This document shows, piece after piece, positions 9,220 through 20,939 of a DNA stretch of 64,000 bases. The position numbers were made by a program, and so were the translations under genes. The DNA is from Candidatus Bathyarchaeota archaeon (GTDB lineage: Archaea; Thermoproteota; Bathyarchaeia; Bathyarchaeales; Bathycorpusculaceae), in NCBI GenBank assembly GCA_963811105.1, contig CAWEPZ010000002.1, positions 256,001 through 320,000 of the forward strand. Direction: 5' to 3'. The notes beneath the pieces are model-generated. The model saw nothing but the letters and a program-made list of their open reading frames with translations. It made no database searches and was not told the origin of the DNA. Numbering within the stretch: the first letter of the stretch is position 1; every line of letters starts with the position of its first letter.

Positions 9220-10627
9220 ATGAAAAATTTTCTCGGCTACCTCAAAGCGGAAAACATGAGCTTATTTACGGATTTTTATGAGTTAACCATGTGCGCAAGC
9301 TACTTTGACAACAAAAATTTTGAGCCTGCCACATTTGACTTATTCATTAGGCGGCTGCCAGAAAACCGCTCCTACTTCCTGTTTGCCGGGTTAGAAGAAG
9401 CCTTGCAGTACCTGCAAAACATGAAGTTTACTGAGGAGCAGCTGGGTTACCTTAAAAAGCAGGGATTCAACCGGACTTTTCTCGATTATTTACGTAGTTT
9501 TAAGTTTTCAGGTGAGGTTTGGGCTGTTCCTGAGGGATCTGTGGTTTTTCCAAATGAACCCTTAATTCGTGTTACAGCGCCGATAATTGAGGCTCAGCTA
9601 ATTGAAACTTTTTTGCTAAACACAGTTAACCTGCAAACTATGATTGCCACAAAAGCCTCGAGGGTAGTGCATGCAGCTAAGGGAAAATCGGTAATTGAAT
9701 TCGGCTTGCGAAGAGAACACGGCATTGACGCTGGAATGAAAGTGGCGCGATAGCAGTTACATTGCAGGATGCCAAGGAACCAGCAACGTTTTGGCAGGGC
9801 AAGCCTATGGCATTCCAGTTTTCGGAACCATGGCACACTCGTTTATCATGTCCTATCCAAAAGAAATTGACGCATTTCGAGCTTTCGCCAAAACTTTCCC
9901 AAACAAGTCAACACTTCTTATAGACACTTACGACGACATTTCAGGCGCAGAAAAAGCTGGAGTTGTAGCTAAAGAGCTTGAGTCTAAAGGCTTTAGGCTG
10001 GGGGGAGTGCGCTTGGACAGTGGCGATTTGGGCGAGGACAGCAAAAAAGTTCGAAAAATTCTTGATGATCAAGGCTTAGATTATGTGAAAATTTTTGCAA
10101 GCGGTGACCTAGATGAATTCAGAATAGACGAACTTCTCACTAATGGCGCAAAAATTAACTCTTTTGGGGTAGGAACAAAAATGGGCACCTCAGCGGATAG
10201 ACCTTATTTAGATGTGATTTACAAACTCTGCGAAACCATGGCTGAAGATGGAAGCTTCTCGCCAATAATGAAGTTAAGCAAAGACAAAGTCACTTTGCCA
10301 GGTTTAAAACAAGTTTACCGCGTTAAAAGTGAAATCGGCTATTTTGAAAAAGATATCATTGCTCTGGCTAATGAAAAAATGCAAGGTGAACCATTGCTTG
10401 TTATGGTCATGGAGAAGGGCAAAATAATCTATAAACTTCCCTCGCTTGAAGAAATTCGCCTTACCGCTGCCGAGAACCTTAGTAAACTTCCAGACAGATA
10501 CAAAGCATTAACTGGCGCACCCGTCTATCCCGTAGAATTAAGCCAAAACTTGCAGAAACTAGTCAAAACCTTGAGGCGTGATTTAACCAAAAATGAAATA
10601 AACCCTACCGTTGGCACTTCTGCTTAA
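9220..10627 (+). pseudogene. pncB: Nicotinate phosphoribosyltransferase, split by one extra base near 9751 (pseudogene, recoding or assembly error)
   Basis: FTDFYELTM, EFGLRR, GTMAHS, LIDTYD, RLDSGD, GVGT. Removing one base joins ...VAR to SSYIAGCQGTSNVLAG; span is 3n+1. Confidence 0.85.
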
Positions 10628-10692
10628 TATTTCGCCTGATTTTGTTTCACTAAATATGGCAAACACTTAATAGTCTTTTCAGAAAAGGTTAA

Positions 10693-11925
10693 ATGCTATC
10701 ACAAAAGGAAGAAAACAACTTGCAAAATTGTCCAGCCATCGTAGGTGTTGGCAGAACCAAGTTTGGAGAACATTACGGCAAAGAACCAGAGAAGCTAATT
10801 GAAGAAGCTTGGCTTGCAGCTTCTAACGAATGCAATATAGAACGTAAAGACTTAGAAGCTTGCTACATGTCTGATTGTTTGCTTCCAATCACAAATAAAC
10901 TAGGCTTAGAAGAAGGTTTTCTTTCTGAACTCACCGAGCTTCACGTTCCCATGGAAGTAACTCGCTCATTTAGCGCTGCATTGTTAACTGCGTGCCATGC
11001 TATTGAGGCTGGAGTTTACAACACTGTCCTAGTGGGAGGTATAGAAAAAATGACTGACCGCTGGGACAAAATACGCGACGACTTAATGCTTCTGGATGAT
11101 CCGTGGAGTTATTTTGCAGGTGGGACTCCAGAATCAAACCACGAGATTATGCTTAGAGCTTACATAAAAAAACACAATATTACAGGGGAAAACCTTGACA
11201 AACTCAATTTGGCGCTAGCTCAGATTTCAGTTAAGAATCATGCGAACGCAACCAAAAACAAATATGCCCAATACCAAAGAAAAATCACAATTGATCAAGT
11301 CTTACGCGCAAGGAAAACAGCACATAAACCGTTAGGACTCTACGATTTCGCTCCAATCTCTGACGGAGCAGCCGCCCTGATTCTTACAAGTGAGACAACA
11401 TCAAAAAAACTAAACAAACGGCCTGTTTACATTCTCTCTTGCTCCTCAGCTACAGATTACCTTAACTATCCAGCAAGAGAAGATCTGTCTCGTTTTGTGG
11501 CTGCTGAGATTGCAATGAAGAAAGCTTCTCAAATGGCTAAAACTGCGTTGTCGAGCATCCCCATTATTGAAGTTAACGATCAGTCAACCATGATGGAGCT
11601 TGTTTCCCTTGAAGATTTAGGTTTCTGCCAGCCGGGAACAGCGTGGAAGAGCATATATGAAAGTTGCCAGAACAACCAAAAATATTACGAAATGGGCGGC
11701 AGGCAGCTTTTCGTTAACACCGACGGTGGCTTAAAAGCCGACGGTAACCCACTTGGGGCAACTGGTGGTGCGCAGTTTTTTGAGATTTACCGCCAGTTAA
11801 GAGGCGAAGCTGGCGAACGCCAAGTTAAGATTGATCATTCTTCACCTAAAAGCGGTTGTATCGTGGAGTTTGAAGGCTTTGGAACTAAAGCTTACGCCAG
11901 CATTTTAGGAGTGAAGAAAGATTGA
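10693..11925 (+). CDS. Thiolase-fold protein with degenerate active site
   Basis: IVGVGRTKFG, VGGIEKM, SVKNHANA, PISDGAAALIL, NTDGGLKA..GATG. Canonical CxS Cys, HDCF and GHP motifs are replaced. Confidence 0.85.
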   Translation: MLSQKEENNLQNCPAIVGVGRTKFGEHYGKEPEKLIEEAWLAASNECNIERKDLEACYMSDCLLPITNKLGLEEGFLSELTELHVPMEVTRSFSAALLTACHAIEAGVYNTVLVGGIEKMTDRWDKIRDDLMLLDDPWSYFAGGTPESNHEIMLRAYIKKHNITGENLDKLNLALAQISVKNHANATKNKYAQYQRKITIDQVLRARKTAHKPLGLYDFAPISDGAAALILTSETTSKKLNKRPVYILSCSSATDYLNYPAREDLSRFVAAEIAMKKASQMAKTALSSIPIIEVNDQSTMMELVSLEDLGFCQPGTAWKSIYESCQNNQKYYEMGGRQLFVNTDGGLKADGNPLGATGGAQFFEIYRQLRGEAGERQVKIDHSSPKSGCIVEFEGFGTKAYASILGVKKD

Positions 11926-13430
11926 GCAGTGAACCAATAGAACGTAGAGTTTCATATTTAGGTGATAGGTTAAAAGCAAGCCGATGTCAAAACTGCGCCA
12001 AAGAATATTTTGAAATAAGAGATTACTGCAGTAACTGTGGCAGAAAAAGCTTCGGAAAAATGGACAGTATTGACCTTTTCTATGATAAAGGAAAGCTTGA
12101 ATTCTGCACTTACATCAATGAACCTACAAACAAATTCATGAAACTCTCAAGCTTCATCTATGGCGTTGTCTCTTTTCACGGGGGAAAAATTCGTGTTCCC
12201 GGAAGATTAACAGATCAGTTGATTTGCGACGGAAAAGATATTGATTTTTCAAGTCTTGAAGGAAGAGAGGTAGTTCCTCGTTTTAGAAGGCGCTATTCAG
12301 TTGCAAAAAACGACGTGATTCCAACAATCTCTTTGGCATTCACATTGGCCGACGAGTATTACCCTCATCAGGACTACAAAATAATTGCCCCAACCAAAGA
12401 ATATGAATTACCCGGCGTTGTAGGATACGGCGTTTATGCTTCAAAGTTTCGAATTAAAGATGGTGGGCTTGAACGTTCAGTTCCATTCATTGACGAAGAT
12501 GCGATAACTGCTTCAGTTGAAGCTGGAAAACTAGCGCTAATTCATTCAGGTGTTGACAGTAGTTTGGTTGGAAAAGTTTACGTTGGTACAGAATCCAACC
12601 CCTATGCTGTTAAGCCCATAGCATCAAAGGTTGCTCAAGTTCTAGAGCTCGGCGAAAAAGACGGTGATATACAAGGCGTTGACGCAATAGATACAGAGTT
12701 TGCATGTAAAGCTGCCTCAAGCATGTTTAAAGACGCGGCTTCTCTCGTCAGCTATCCACGTTCAGGCATAAAATACGCTATGGTTATAGGTGCCGATAAC
12801 TCTCAATCAGCGCCAAAAGGCTGCTCTGGCGGTGAGCTAGATGCGTTTGTTGGATACGGTGGTGCTGCCTTCATTTTTGGAAAGCATGATGTTATCGCTG
12901 AACTTGAAGGATGGTATTCATGTACCTCTGACACTCCTGATTTTTGGCGCAGAGACGGCGAACCTTTTCCGATGCATGGAGGACGATTCACAGGTGACCC
13001 CGCCTATTTCAAACATGTTCGTAAAGCAGCCAGTAAACTTATGGAACGATTAAGCCTCAAGCCAGCTGACTTGGATTACTTTGTTCCACATCAGCCTAAC
13101 CCAACGTTCCCAGTTAGAATAGCTAAGGAGCTCGGTTTTAAAGATGAACAGTTTTTGCCTTCGCTGCAGATTAACAAGTTCGGGAACACTTATTCTGGTT
13201 GTTCGCCTGTAGGTTTAGCAGCAGTGTTAGATGTTGCAAAGCCAGAACAGCATATTTTAGTTGTGAGTTACGGTTCAGGCGCTGGAAGTGATGCTTATTT
13301 GCTTAGGACTACCAGTCAACTTGTTGAGAAGCGCAAACGCCAGAAGGTTAATGTTAAGTTCCAAGCTGAAAACCCGTTTATAGAGTATGTGGATTATACA
13401 ACTTATCGTCGGTTTAAGATGGGTATGTAA
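11922..13430 (+). CDS. DUF35 (Zn-ribbon/OB) - archaeal HMG-CoA synthase fusion
   Basis: N-terminal CQNC...CSNC and PRFRR (DUF35); C-terminal GTESNPYAVKP, EFACKA, DFWRR, HQPN, GNTYSG, SYGSGAGSD. Confidence 0.9.
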   Translation: MSSEPIERRVSYLGDRLKASRCQNCAKEYFEIRDYCSNCGRKSFGKMDSIDLFYDKGKLEFCTYINEPTNKFMKLSSFIYGVVSFHGGKIRVPGRLTDQLICDGKDIDFSSLEGREVVPRFRRRYSVAKNDVIPTISLAFTLADEYYPHQDYKIIAPTKEYELPGVVGYGVYASKFRIKDGGLERSVPFIDEDAITASVEAGKLALIHSGVDSSLVGKVYVGTESNPYAVKPIASKVAQVLELGEKDGDIQGVDAIDTEFACKAASSMFKDAASLVSYPRSGIKYAMVIGADNSQSAPKGCSGGELDAFVGYGGAAFIFGKHDVIAELEGWYSCTSDTPDFWRRDGEPFPMHGGRFTGDPAYFKHVRKAASKLMERLSLKPADLDYFVPHQPNPTFPVRIAKELGFKDEQFLPSLQINKFGNTYSGCSPVGLAAVLDVAKPEQHILVVSYGSGAGSDAYLLRTTSQLVEKRKRQKVNVKFQAENPFIEYVDYTTYRRFKMGM

Positions 13431-13481
13431 CAAATCCTTAATAAATCCCGCGTGGATTCTGCATAGCTGGGGAGCTATAAA

Positions 13482-14762
13482 TTGATATTTAATGACATCG
13501 TTGAGGTTCTTTATGCGCCTAAGCGGGCATTTAAACGAATTATTGAGAACCCAAAATACTTAGGTGCACTAATAATTCTGCTCCTATTCATCGGTGTCGA
13601 AATAGGCTTTGAATATGTACAGTTTTCAAGAACTTACAGCGAGAACACCTCTCCTGCCATTAACCAGTTACCAATGTACTCTAACGCTACTCTGTGGAGA
13701 ACTAGCTCTGACGTAGCTTTAAGCAACAATTACGATGATTTCTTCAATTACAGCGTTTATGTCGCAGCCTTTAATGTTCCACCATCGGATCCGCAGGGAT
13801 ACTATAGCTTATTCGGAAATAGCAGCCTGGCAATCAACGCAAATAATACAAAAACCGTTTCAGCAGCTTTAGGCAACGTTTTCAACTTAAATTGCAACAC
13901 CGATGGCTTCCAAAATATTTCAACAACAATAAAGTTGGTGTCGCCTCAAACAACACCTCAAAACGCCGATTTAGTGTTGTATTCCCTTAGCGATTCAAAC
14001 TTTTACACTTATGATCTAACTTCCTTATTGTCAAATAATACAGCAATCAGTTTATGGCAAAACCTGACAATCCCCGTTGGGCCAAATGCTCAGGGTTGGA
14101 GTAGCAGCGGGACTCCTACTTGGAGTAATATAACATCTCTAAAATTAGACTTCAATTACGCAACTCCTTCCAATGTAACAATACATATCGGTGCATTATT
14201 CTTCAGAGGCCAATATGAAACTCCTATTCAGTTAGGTATTGGGGATTTTCTGCTTGGGTTCTTAGAGCGATTCTCTTTGCAGTTCCTTTTCAGCTGGTTC
14301 CTATTAACAGCGTTGATTTACATTTTCTTTAAGGGGTTCAAAGCCAACGTGGTTTGGAAACCTCTGTTTATTGCGGTTGTATTTGCTTTATTTGTAATGG
14401 TTATCCGAGCATTGATCAATCTGGGTGGGGCACTTACTTTGCCTAATGTTTATTATCCTTTTGACGTATCACCTGGTGCCACAATCAATGTTCTTGGCGC
14501 CATCTCTTATCCTGCTAATGCGGCTGGCGTCTTATCGATGATGTCTCAATCTGCTGTCAGCGTCATCAATTCAGCAACTTCAAGCATAGTTTTCATAACT
14601 CTTGTGGCATTTGCAATTGGATACGTTTGGCTGGGAGCTGTATGCACAGTTATCGTTGGAACTCTAAATCCAGTGTTTTCACTCACTAAGAGGATAATAA
14701 TTTCAGCTGTCAGCGTCGGCGTAACAATCTTGCTCTTGCTTCTGCTAGTGACTATTGCTTAG
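13482..14762 (+). CDS. Yip1-family membrane protein with large extracellular Asn/Ser/Thr-rich domain
   Basis: VLYAPKRAFKRI Yip1-type N-terminus, many NxS/T sequons, C-terminal TM helices. Confidence 0.7.
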   Translation: MIFNDIVEVLYAPKRAFKRIIENPKYLGALIILLLFIGVEIGFEYVQFSRTYSENTSPAINQLPMYSNATLWRTSSDVALSNNYDDFFNYSVYVAAFNVPPSDPQGYYSLFGNSSLAINANNTKTVSAALGNVFNLNCNTDGFQNISTTIKLVSPQTTPQNADLVLYSLSDSNFYTYDLTSLLSNNTAISLWQNLTIPVGPNAQGWSSSGTPTWSNITSLKLDFNYATPSNVTIHIGALFFRGQYETPIQLGIGDFLLGFLERFSLQFLFSWFLLTALIYIFFKGFKANVVWKPLFIAVVFALFVMVIRALINLGGALTLPNVYYPFDVSPGATINVLGAISYPANAAGVLSMMSQSAVSVINSATSSIVFITLVAFAIGYVWLGAVCTVIVGTLNPVFSLTKRIIISAVSVGVTILLLLLLVTIA

Positions 14763-14905
14763 CCGTAGCAAAACCTCTATTTGCATAATTTCCGAAGGTT
14801 TTGTTGTGGACAAAATTGAAGTTAGCAAGATTTATATGGATTGAAGGCGCACTTTGCAAGTGAAAAGCCCTTAACGAGGAATTCGTGGGAGTTAGTGACT
14901 GAAAA

Positions 14906-15199
14906 ATGGTAGCAATAAAAGATTTGCAGAATGGCATGAAACGGGTTAGTGTTGAAGCGAAAGTTGTTGAAAAAGGCGAGCCACGTGAAGTTAAGTCTCG
15001 TTTTAAAGATGAAACTTACAAGATAGTTGATGCAGTGGTAGCTGACGAGACAGGGAGCGTAAAATTGACTTTGTGGAATGAACAGATTGACCAAGTTAAC
15101 GTTGGCGACAACATAAAAATTGATAATGGCTACGTAACAAGTTTTAAAAGTGAAATTCAACTTAACGTTGGCAAATTTGGAAAATTAAGCGTTGAGTAA
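14906..15199 (+). CDS. ssb: Single-OB-fold single-stranded DNA-binding protein
   Basis: IKDLQNGMKRVSV, VADETGSVKLTLWNEQ, QLNVGKFG. Confidence 0.88.
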   Translation: MVAIKDLQNGMKRVSVEAKVVEKGEPREVKSRFKDETYKIVDAVVADETGSVKLTLWNEQIDQVNVGDNIKIDNGYVTSFKSEIQLNVGKFGKLSVE

Positions 15200-15277
15200 A
15201 CACCTATTCACTAAACGATTTTTTCTTTCCCCAAAAATTTGGAAATTGTTTTATTTTAGATACGATCTGTCTAAGCC

Positions 15278-15910
15278 ATGGCCGATAAAAAGAAAGAATT
15301 AGGTTTTTTTGCATTAATTGCTCTCTTCGGTATAGCCATCTCACTTTTTGTTTTCAGCATAGGATTCATCGACCCTTTAACGTTATCAATGCGTTTGCTC
15401 GCGCTTAACGGGTATTTTGCTTTAAGCATAGCAGTAATAATGACACCTTTTCTGAAAGAAATAACGCTTTTTTTCAAAAAATCCTTCACCAAAATACACC
15501 ACTATTTCGCTGTCGCTGGATTACTGCTTATAACATTGCACCCGATCGCCGTCTTCATCTCGACTTTAACTCCAGCCGTGCTTTTGCCAAATTTTGATTC
15601 AATTTACCTTTTCTTTTTCTATGGTGGTATTGTAGCCCTAATCTTGATTTATCTTGCTATTGGAGCTGCACTTGTGCGAAAAAAAATTGTTTCTTATTGG
15701 CGACCTTTTCATGCGTTGATGTATTTGGCTCTGTTCATTGGAGTGGTCCATGCCAATGTGAGAGGATCTGATTTCCAAAACTTTTTTATTAAGATAATAT
15801 ATGACGCCATGTTTGTTGCTGCGCTCGTAGCGTTTGGTCTAAAGCGTTGGCAGTTTTACCGAATAAAAGCGCGAGCCCAAAAAAATAACGTCAAGCATCA
15901 AACTAGTTAG
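15278..15910 (+). CDS. Ferric reductase-like transmembrane (heme b) protein
   Basis: KIHH, LHP, WRPFH, VVHA histidine pattern in TM helices. Confidence 0.75.
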   Translation: MADKKKELGFFALIALFGIAISLFVFSIGFIDPLTLSMRLLALNGYFALSIAVIMTPFLKEITLFFKKSFTKIHHYFAVAGLLLITLHPIAVFISTLTPAVLLPNFDSIYLFFFYGGIVALILIYLAIGAALVRKKIVSYWRPFHALMYLALFIGVVHANVRGSDFQNFFIKIIYDAMFVAALVAFGLKRWQFYRIKARAQKNNVKHQTS

Positions 15911-15997
15911 AACGCTCTGAAATAGTTATTTTTTTGGAAAAACCTTATTAATTCAGACTAGTTGGGTTCTTTTCTTGTATCTTTGTGGAGAAGAGCA

Positions 15998-17942
15998 ATG
16001 CAGTTTGAACTTATCTCGCCATACCCAATCTCGCCTGGACAGGAAGCTGCAGTCCAGAAGTTAGTGGACTGCTTTCCCAAGAAAGAAAAACAAACCCTTC
16101 TCGGAATTACTGGAAGCGGCAAAACTTTTGTGATGGCTAACGTGATTAATCGTCTTCAAGAACCTACTCTGATTCTGGCTCATAATAAGACGTTGGCTGC
16201 TCAGCTTTACGGTGAATTGAAAGAACTTTTCCCACATAACCGCGTGGAATACTTCATTTCATTTTATGATTTTTACCAGCCTGAATCGTATCTGCCTGCC
16301 CAAGACATGTACATAGAAAAAGACTCCGATGTCAATGAGGAAATAGAGAAAATGCGTATGCACGCTGTGTCTAGCGTAGTTAGCAGAAATGACACGATTA
16401 TTGTTGCCAGCATAAGCTGCATTTACAGCCTTGGAAACCCTAACGACTTTAAGACAATGGCCATCGACTTGCAAGTTGGGAAACAAACCACGAGGCAGCA
16501 GCTCATTCGCGCGCTTGTTGATATGCAATACGAGCGAAATGACATGGTCCTGGAGCCTGGCAGGTTTCGTGTGCGAGGTGACGTATTAGATGTTGTGCCT
16601 TCTTATGAAAACGATGTAATCCGCATTGAGCTTGCAGGGAATCAGATTAGGTAAAATAAAGGAGGTTCATTTGTTGTCCGGTGACGTTAAGGTTTCTCTT
16701 GATAAGTTTACGCTTTATCCTGCACGCCAATATGTGGTGCCTGAAGAGAAACATGCATTGGCACTTGAACATATTAAGCAAGAGTTGGAGCAGAGATTGC
16801 CTGAGCTTCCTCCGCTTGAGGCCCAACGGCTTAAACAGCGAACAAATTATGATTTAGAAATGATACGAGAAGTTGGTTTCTGCGCAGGTATGGAGAATTA
16901 CAGTCGCCACTTTGACGGGCGTAGACCTGGAGCTCCTCCATTCACTTTGATTGATTATTTCCCTAAAGATTACCTTCTCATTATTGACGAGAGCCACCAA
17001 ACCATTCCCCAAGCTCGTGCTATGTACAATGGTGACTACTCAAGAAAAAAGAACCTCGTGGACTTCGGCTTCAGACTCCCAAGCGCACTTGACAACAGGC
17101 CATTAAAGTTTGAGGAATTCGAGCAAAAAATGCACAAAGTTCTCTTTGTGTCCGCAACTCCAGCCGAATATGAACTGGAAAAAAGCGGATCTCCAGTAGA
17201 ATTAATCACACGCCCAACTGGTCTTTTGGATCCTGAAGTGGAAATGCATCCGATAGCCGGACAGATGCAACACTTAATGGCTGAAGCCAAGAAAACCATC
17301 GAGGGAGGCGACCGTATCCTAATTACAACTCTAACTAAGCGGATGGCGGAGGACCTTGCGGATTATCTTGTCAAGGAAGGTTTTCGCGTCAGGTATATGC
17401 ACTCTGACATTGACAGCTTAGACCGCATAGAACTGGTTCGACAACTTCGCGTTGGGGATTTCGATATTTTGGTGGGCATTAACCTGCTTCGTGAAGGTTT
17501 AGATATTCCTGAGGTTGCTACAATTTTCATTTTGGATGCAGACAAGGAAGGTTTTCTGCGAGATGAACGAAGCCTCATACAAACCATTGGTAGAGCATCA
17601 AGAAATGTCAAGGGTAGAGTCATACTTTACGCTGATGTCGAGACAAGATCGATTAAGCGGGCTATGGAAATCACTAATCGTAGACGGCAATTCCAGAAAC
17701 GTTTCAACCTAATCCATCACATTACGCCTAAGTCGATAGTGAAGAGTGTTTCTCTGAAGGAAAGCAAAATTAAAGGTACGAAGCATTTGGCAAAATCAGA
17801 TATTAGCCGTCAGATTATTGAGCTTGATGCGCAGATGAGGGAAGCGGCGGAAAAGCTTGAGTTTGAGCGAGCAATTGAGCTTAGAGATACCATTTCAGAG
17901 TTGACTATGGCTTTGTCTAGGAAGATGGAATCTGAGGTTTAA
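15998..17942 (+). pseudogene. uvrB: Excinuclease ABC subunit B, split by one extra base near 16649-16651
   Basis: GITGSGKT, HNKTLAAQLY, YQPESY in ORF 1; IDESH, LDNRPL, GINLLREGLD in ORF 2; span is 3n+1. Confidence 0.9.
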
Positions 17943-18038
17943 ACCCAGAAATTTAGGGTTTTGAGGCAAAAAGGTTCTAATCTGACCTGGTTAAACTGGT
18001 TATGATTTGCGGAAGCAGAGTAGGAAACTGATTTAGTT

Positions 18039-20939
18039 ATGAGAGATTCCATTTCCATTAAAGGTGCACGGGAACATAACCTCAAAAACATCGATGTTGA
18101 GTTGCCCAGAAACAAGTTTATAGTGATTACTGGGCTTTCCGGCTCAGGAAAATCCACCTTAGCCTTTGATACTATTTATGCTGAAGGCCAAAGAAGATAT
18201 GTTGAAAGTCTATCTGCTTACGCTCGGCAATTTCTCGGTTTAATGGATAAGCCAGATGTTGATTCAATCGACGGTTTATCTCCTGCAATCTCTATCGAAC
18301 AAAAAAGCACGAGCAAAAACCCACGCTCAACCGTTGGCACAGTCACGGAAATTTACGATTACCTTAGGTTGCTTTTTGCGCGGATCGGAACTCATCATTG
18401 TCCGAAATGTGGCAGCTCAATTCACCCACAGAGCCCAGAAAACATTACAAGCCTAGTAATGACTGAGAAAGAAAAAACCCTGACTTTTTTAGCTCCGGTA
18501 ATTCGAGGTATAAAGGGAACTCATGAGCAAGTTTTTGATGATTTAAAAAAGCAAGGCTACACAAAAATTCGCGTTGACCAAAAAATCTATGACTCAGATA
18601 GAATCAAAGAAGAGCTTAAGCTTGTTCGCTATGAGAAGCACTGGATTGAAGCAGTTATTGACACAGTAAAGATTGCTGATGAGGAACGTGCTCGTATTTC
18701 TGAAGCTGTTGAGCAGGCGCTTCAAGTTGGCAAAGGAACTATGATAGTTATCAACGCAGAGAAAGCTCAGGTTGAAAAGAAAAAGGAGCTTGAACGCTTT
18801 GAGGATGAGACAATGTTCAGTACTTTTGGCGCTTGCCCTAACCATCCTGAAATCGTTTTTGAAAGTCTTGAGCCACGCATGTTCTCCTTTAACTCACCCT
18901 TTGGTGCTTGCACTACATGCCATGGCTTAGGCGAAATAACAGAAATCTCTGAAGACAAAATTATTCCAGACAAAAACCTTTCCATAATTGATGGCGCTTT
19001 GGCTGTTTATGGCAGCATGGATCTTAGTTGGCGAGCCCAGCAGCTTGCAATGGTTGGAAAAAAACATGGGTTTGACGTTTTTACTCAACTTAAAGATTTT
19101 TCTGAACAGCAGCGCCACGTGCTCCTATATGGTGACAAGGAACCCGTGAACGGCCAGTGGTCAAACGGAGCTAGCATGTGGATGCGTGATGGTTGGGAAG
19201 GCGTAATCCCGCAAACCATGAGGCTCTATCGACAAACTGAAAGTGCCTGGCGAAAAGAAGATATAGAAAAATTCATGACTTCCAGACCCTGTAACGCCTG
19301 CAACGGCAAAAAGCTGCAGCCTGTAGTCTTGGCTGTAAAAATCTTGGATAAAAGTATCATTGATTCGACTGACTTGTCAATTGAAGAATCAGTTGCCTTC
19401 TTCAAAAACTTACCAGCAAAACTTAATGAAAAAGAATTAGCCATTGGGAAACAGGTACTTAAGGAAGTTAATGAGCGGTTGGGTTTTCTGAAGAATGTTG
19501 GTTTAGGCTATCTCTCGCTTTCTCGTGCTGCAAAAACCCTTTCTGGCGGGGAAGCTCAAAGAATTCGTTTAGCGACACAGATTGGCAGTAACCTGATGGG
19601 CGTCCTCTACATTCTTGATGAGCCAAGTATTGGTTTGCATCAGAGAGACAATGCTAAACTCATAAGCACGCTGCATCGGTTGCGTGATTTAGGCAACACA
19701 CTCATTGTCGTAGAACATGATGAGGAAACCATTCGGAATGCTGATTACATTGTTGACATGGGCCCGGGAGCAGGAGTCCATGGCGGGCATGTAGTCGCGG
19801 AAGGATCACCTGAAGAAATCATGTTAAACAAGCGAAGCCTTACAGGTAAATACCTCTCAGGCGAATTTAAAATTGAGATACCTGAGACAAGGCGTAAACC
19901 CGTTGATTTCATCACTGTTAAAGGTGCACAAGAAAATAACCTTAAAAACCTCACACTGGAGCTTCCATTAGGTGTACTATGCGGAGTTACAGGGGTATCT
20001 GGCTCTGGTAAAAGCACGCTTATGAATCTGACTGTTATTCCTGCATTGCGGCAAATGTTCGGTGAACAAGCTGACAAAGTTGGAAAACATGAGTCAATTG
20101 ACGTTCCAAGCATTATTAGAAATGTTATAGTTATTGATCAAGATCCAATTGGGCGGACTCCTAGGAGCAATCCCGCTACTTACACCAAACTTTTCGACGA
20201 GATTAGACGCATTTTCGCATCAACAAAAGAGGCGAAAGCACGTGGCTACAAGGAAGGTCGATTCAGCTTTAACGTAAGAGGCGGTAGATGCGAAACCTGC
20301 CAAGGAGACGGCGTTCTTCGAATTGAAATGAATTTCCTGCCAGACGTTTACGTGCAATGTAGCGACTGCAAAGGCAAACGATACAACAAAGAAACCCTCA
20401 GTGTTCTTTTCAAAGGCAAAAACATTGCCGAAGTATTGGATATGACTGTTGAAGAAGCAGCAAAATTCTTTGAGAATACTCCAAGAATTTCGCGCAAACT
20501 AACCACGCTATTAGATGTCGGATTAGGCTACATTAAGCTGGGGCAAAGCTCAACCACGCTATCAGGCGGAGAGAGCCAACGCATAAAAATCACACGTGAA
20601 CTCAGCAAACACAAGTCGGGACACGTTGTCTACATGCTTGACGAGCCCACTACAGGCCTGCATTTTGATGATACTAAACGGTTGATTCGAGTGTTAAATC
20701 GGCTAGTTGACAACGGCAACACCGTCTACATCATTGAACATAACTTAGACGTAATCAAAAGCTGCGATTACCTAATTGATTTGGGTCCTGAAGGAGGAGC
20801 AGCTGGCGGCGAACTGCTAGCACAGGGAACACCTGAAGACCTCATGCACATCAAGGGATCTTATACGGGCATGTTTTTGAAAAAAATACTTAACCACCCG
20901 CATGAAGAAGATAGTTTGGCAGTGAAACAGACTGCATGA
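18039..20939 (+). CDS. uvrA: Excinuclease ABC subunit A
   Basis: Two ABC cassettes ([25 protein letters not shown]) and Zn modules. Confidence 0.97.
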   Translation: MRDSISIKGAREHNLKNIDVELPRNKFIVITGLSGSGKSTLAFDTIYAEGQRRYVESLSAYARQFLGLMDKPDVDSIDGLSPAISIEQKSTSKNPRSTVGTVTEIYDYLRLLFARIGTHHCPKCGSSIHPQSPENITSLVMTEKEKTLTFLAPVIRGIKGTHEQVFDDLKKQGYTKIRVDQKIYDSDRIKEELKLVRYEKHWIEAVIDTVKIADEERARISEAVEQALQVGKGTMIVINAEKAQVEKKKELERFEDETMFSTFGACPNHPEIVFESLEPRMFSFNSPFGACTTCHGLGEITEISEDKIIPDKNLSIIDGALAVYGSMDLSWRAQQLAMVGKKHGFDVFTQLKDFSEQQRHVLLYGDKEPVNGQWSNGASMWMRDGWEGVIPQTMRLYRQTESAWRKEDIEKFMTSRPCNACNGKKLQPVVLAVKILDKSIIDSTDLSIEESVAFFKNLPAKLNEKELAIGKQVLKEVNERLGFLKNVGLGYLSLSRAAKTLSGGEAQRIRLATQIGSNLMGVLYILDEPSIGLHQRDNAKLISTLHRLRDLGNTLIVVEHDEETIRNADYIVDMGPGAGVHGGHVVAEGSPEEIMLNKRSLTGKYLSGEFKIEIPETRRKPVDFITVKGAQENNLKNLTLELPLGVLCGVTGVSGSGKSTLMNLTVIPALRQMFGEQADKVGKHESIDVPSIIRNVIVIDQDPIGRTPRSNPATYTKLFDEIRRIFASTKEAKARGYKEGRFSFNVRGGRCETCQGDGVLRIEMNFLPDVYVQCSDCKGKRYNKETLSVLFKGKNIAEVLDMTVEEAAKFFENTPRISRKLTTLLDVGLGYIKLGQSSTTLSGGESQRIKITRELSKHKSGHVVYMLDEPTTGLHFDDTKRLIRVLNRLVDNGNTVYIIEHNLDVIKSCDYLIDLGPEGGAAGGELLAQGTPEDLMHIKGSYTGMFLKKILNHPHEEDSLAVKQTA

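Noticed and set aside
9751-9753. Pyrrolysine or stop readthrough at the pncB TAG
   Set aside because: The downstream coding sequence is in the +1 frame, so readthrough would not restore the protein.
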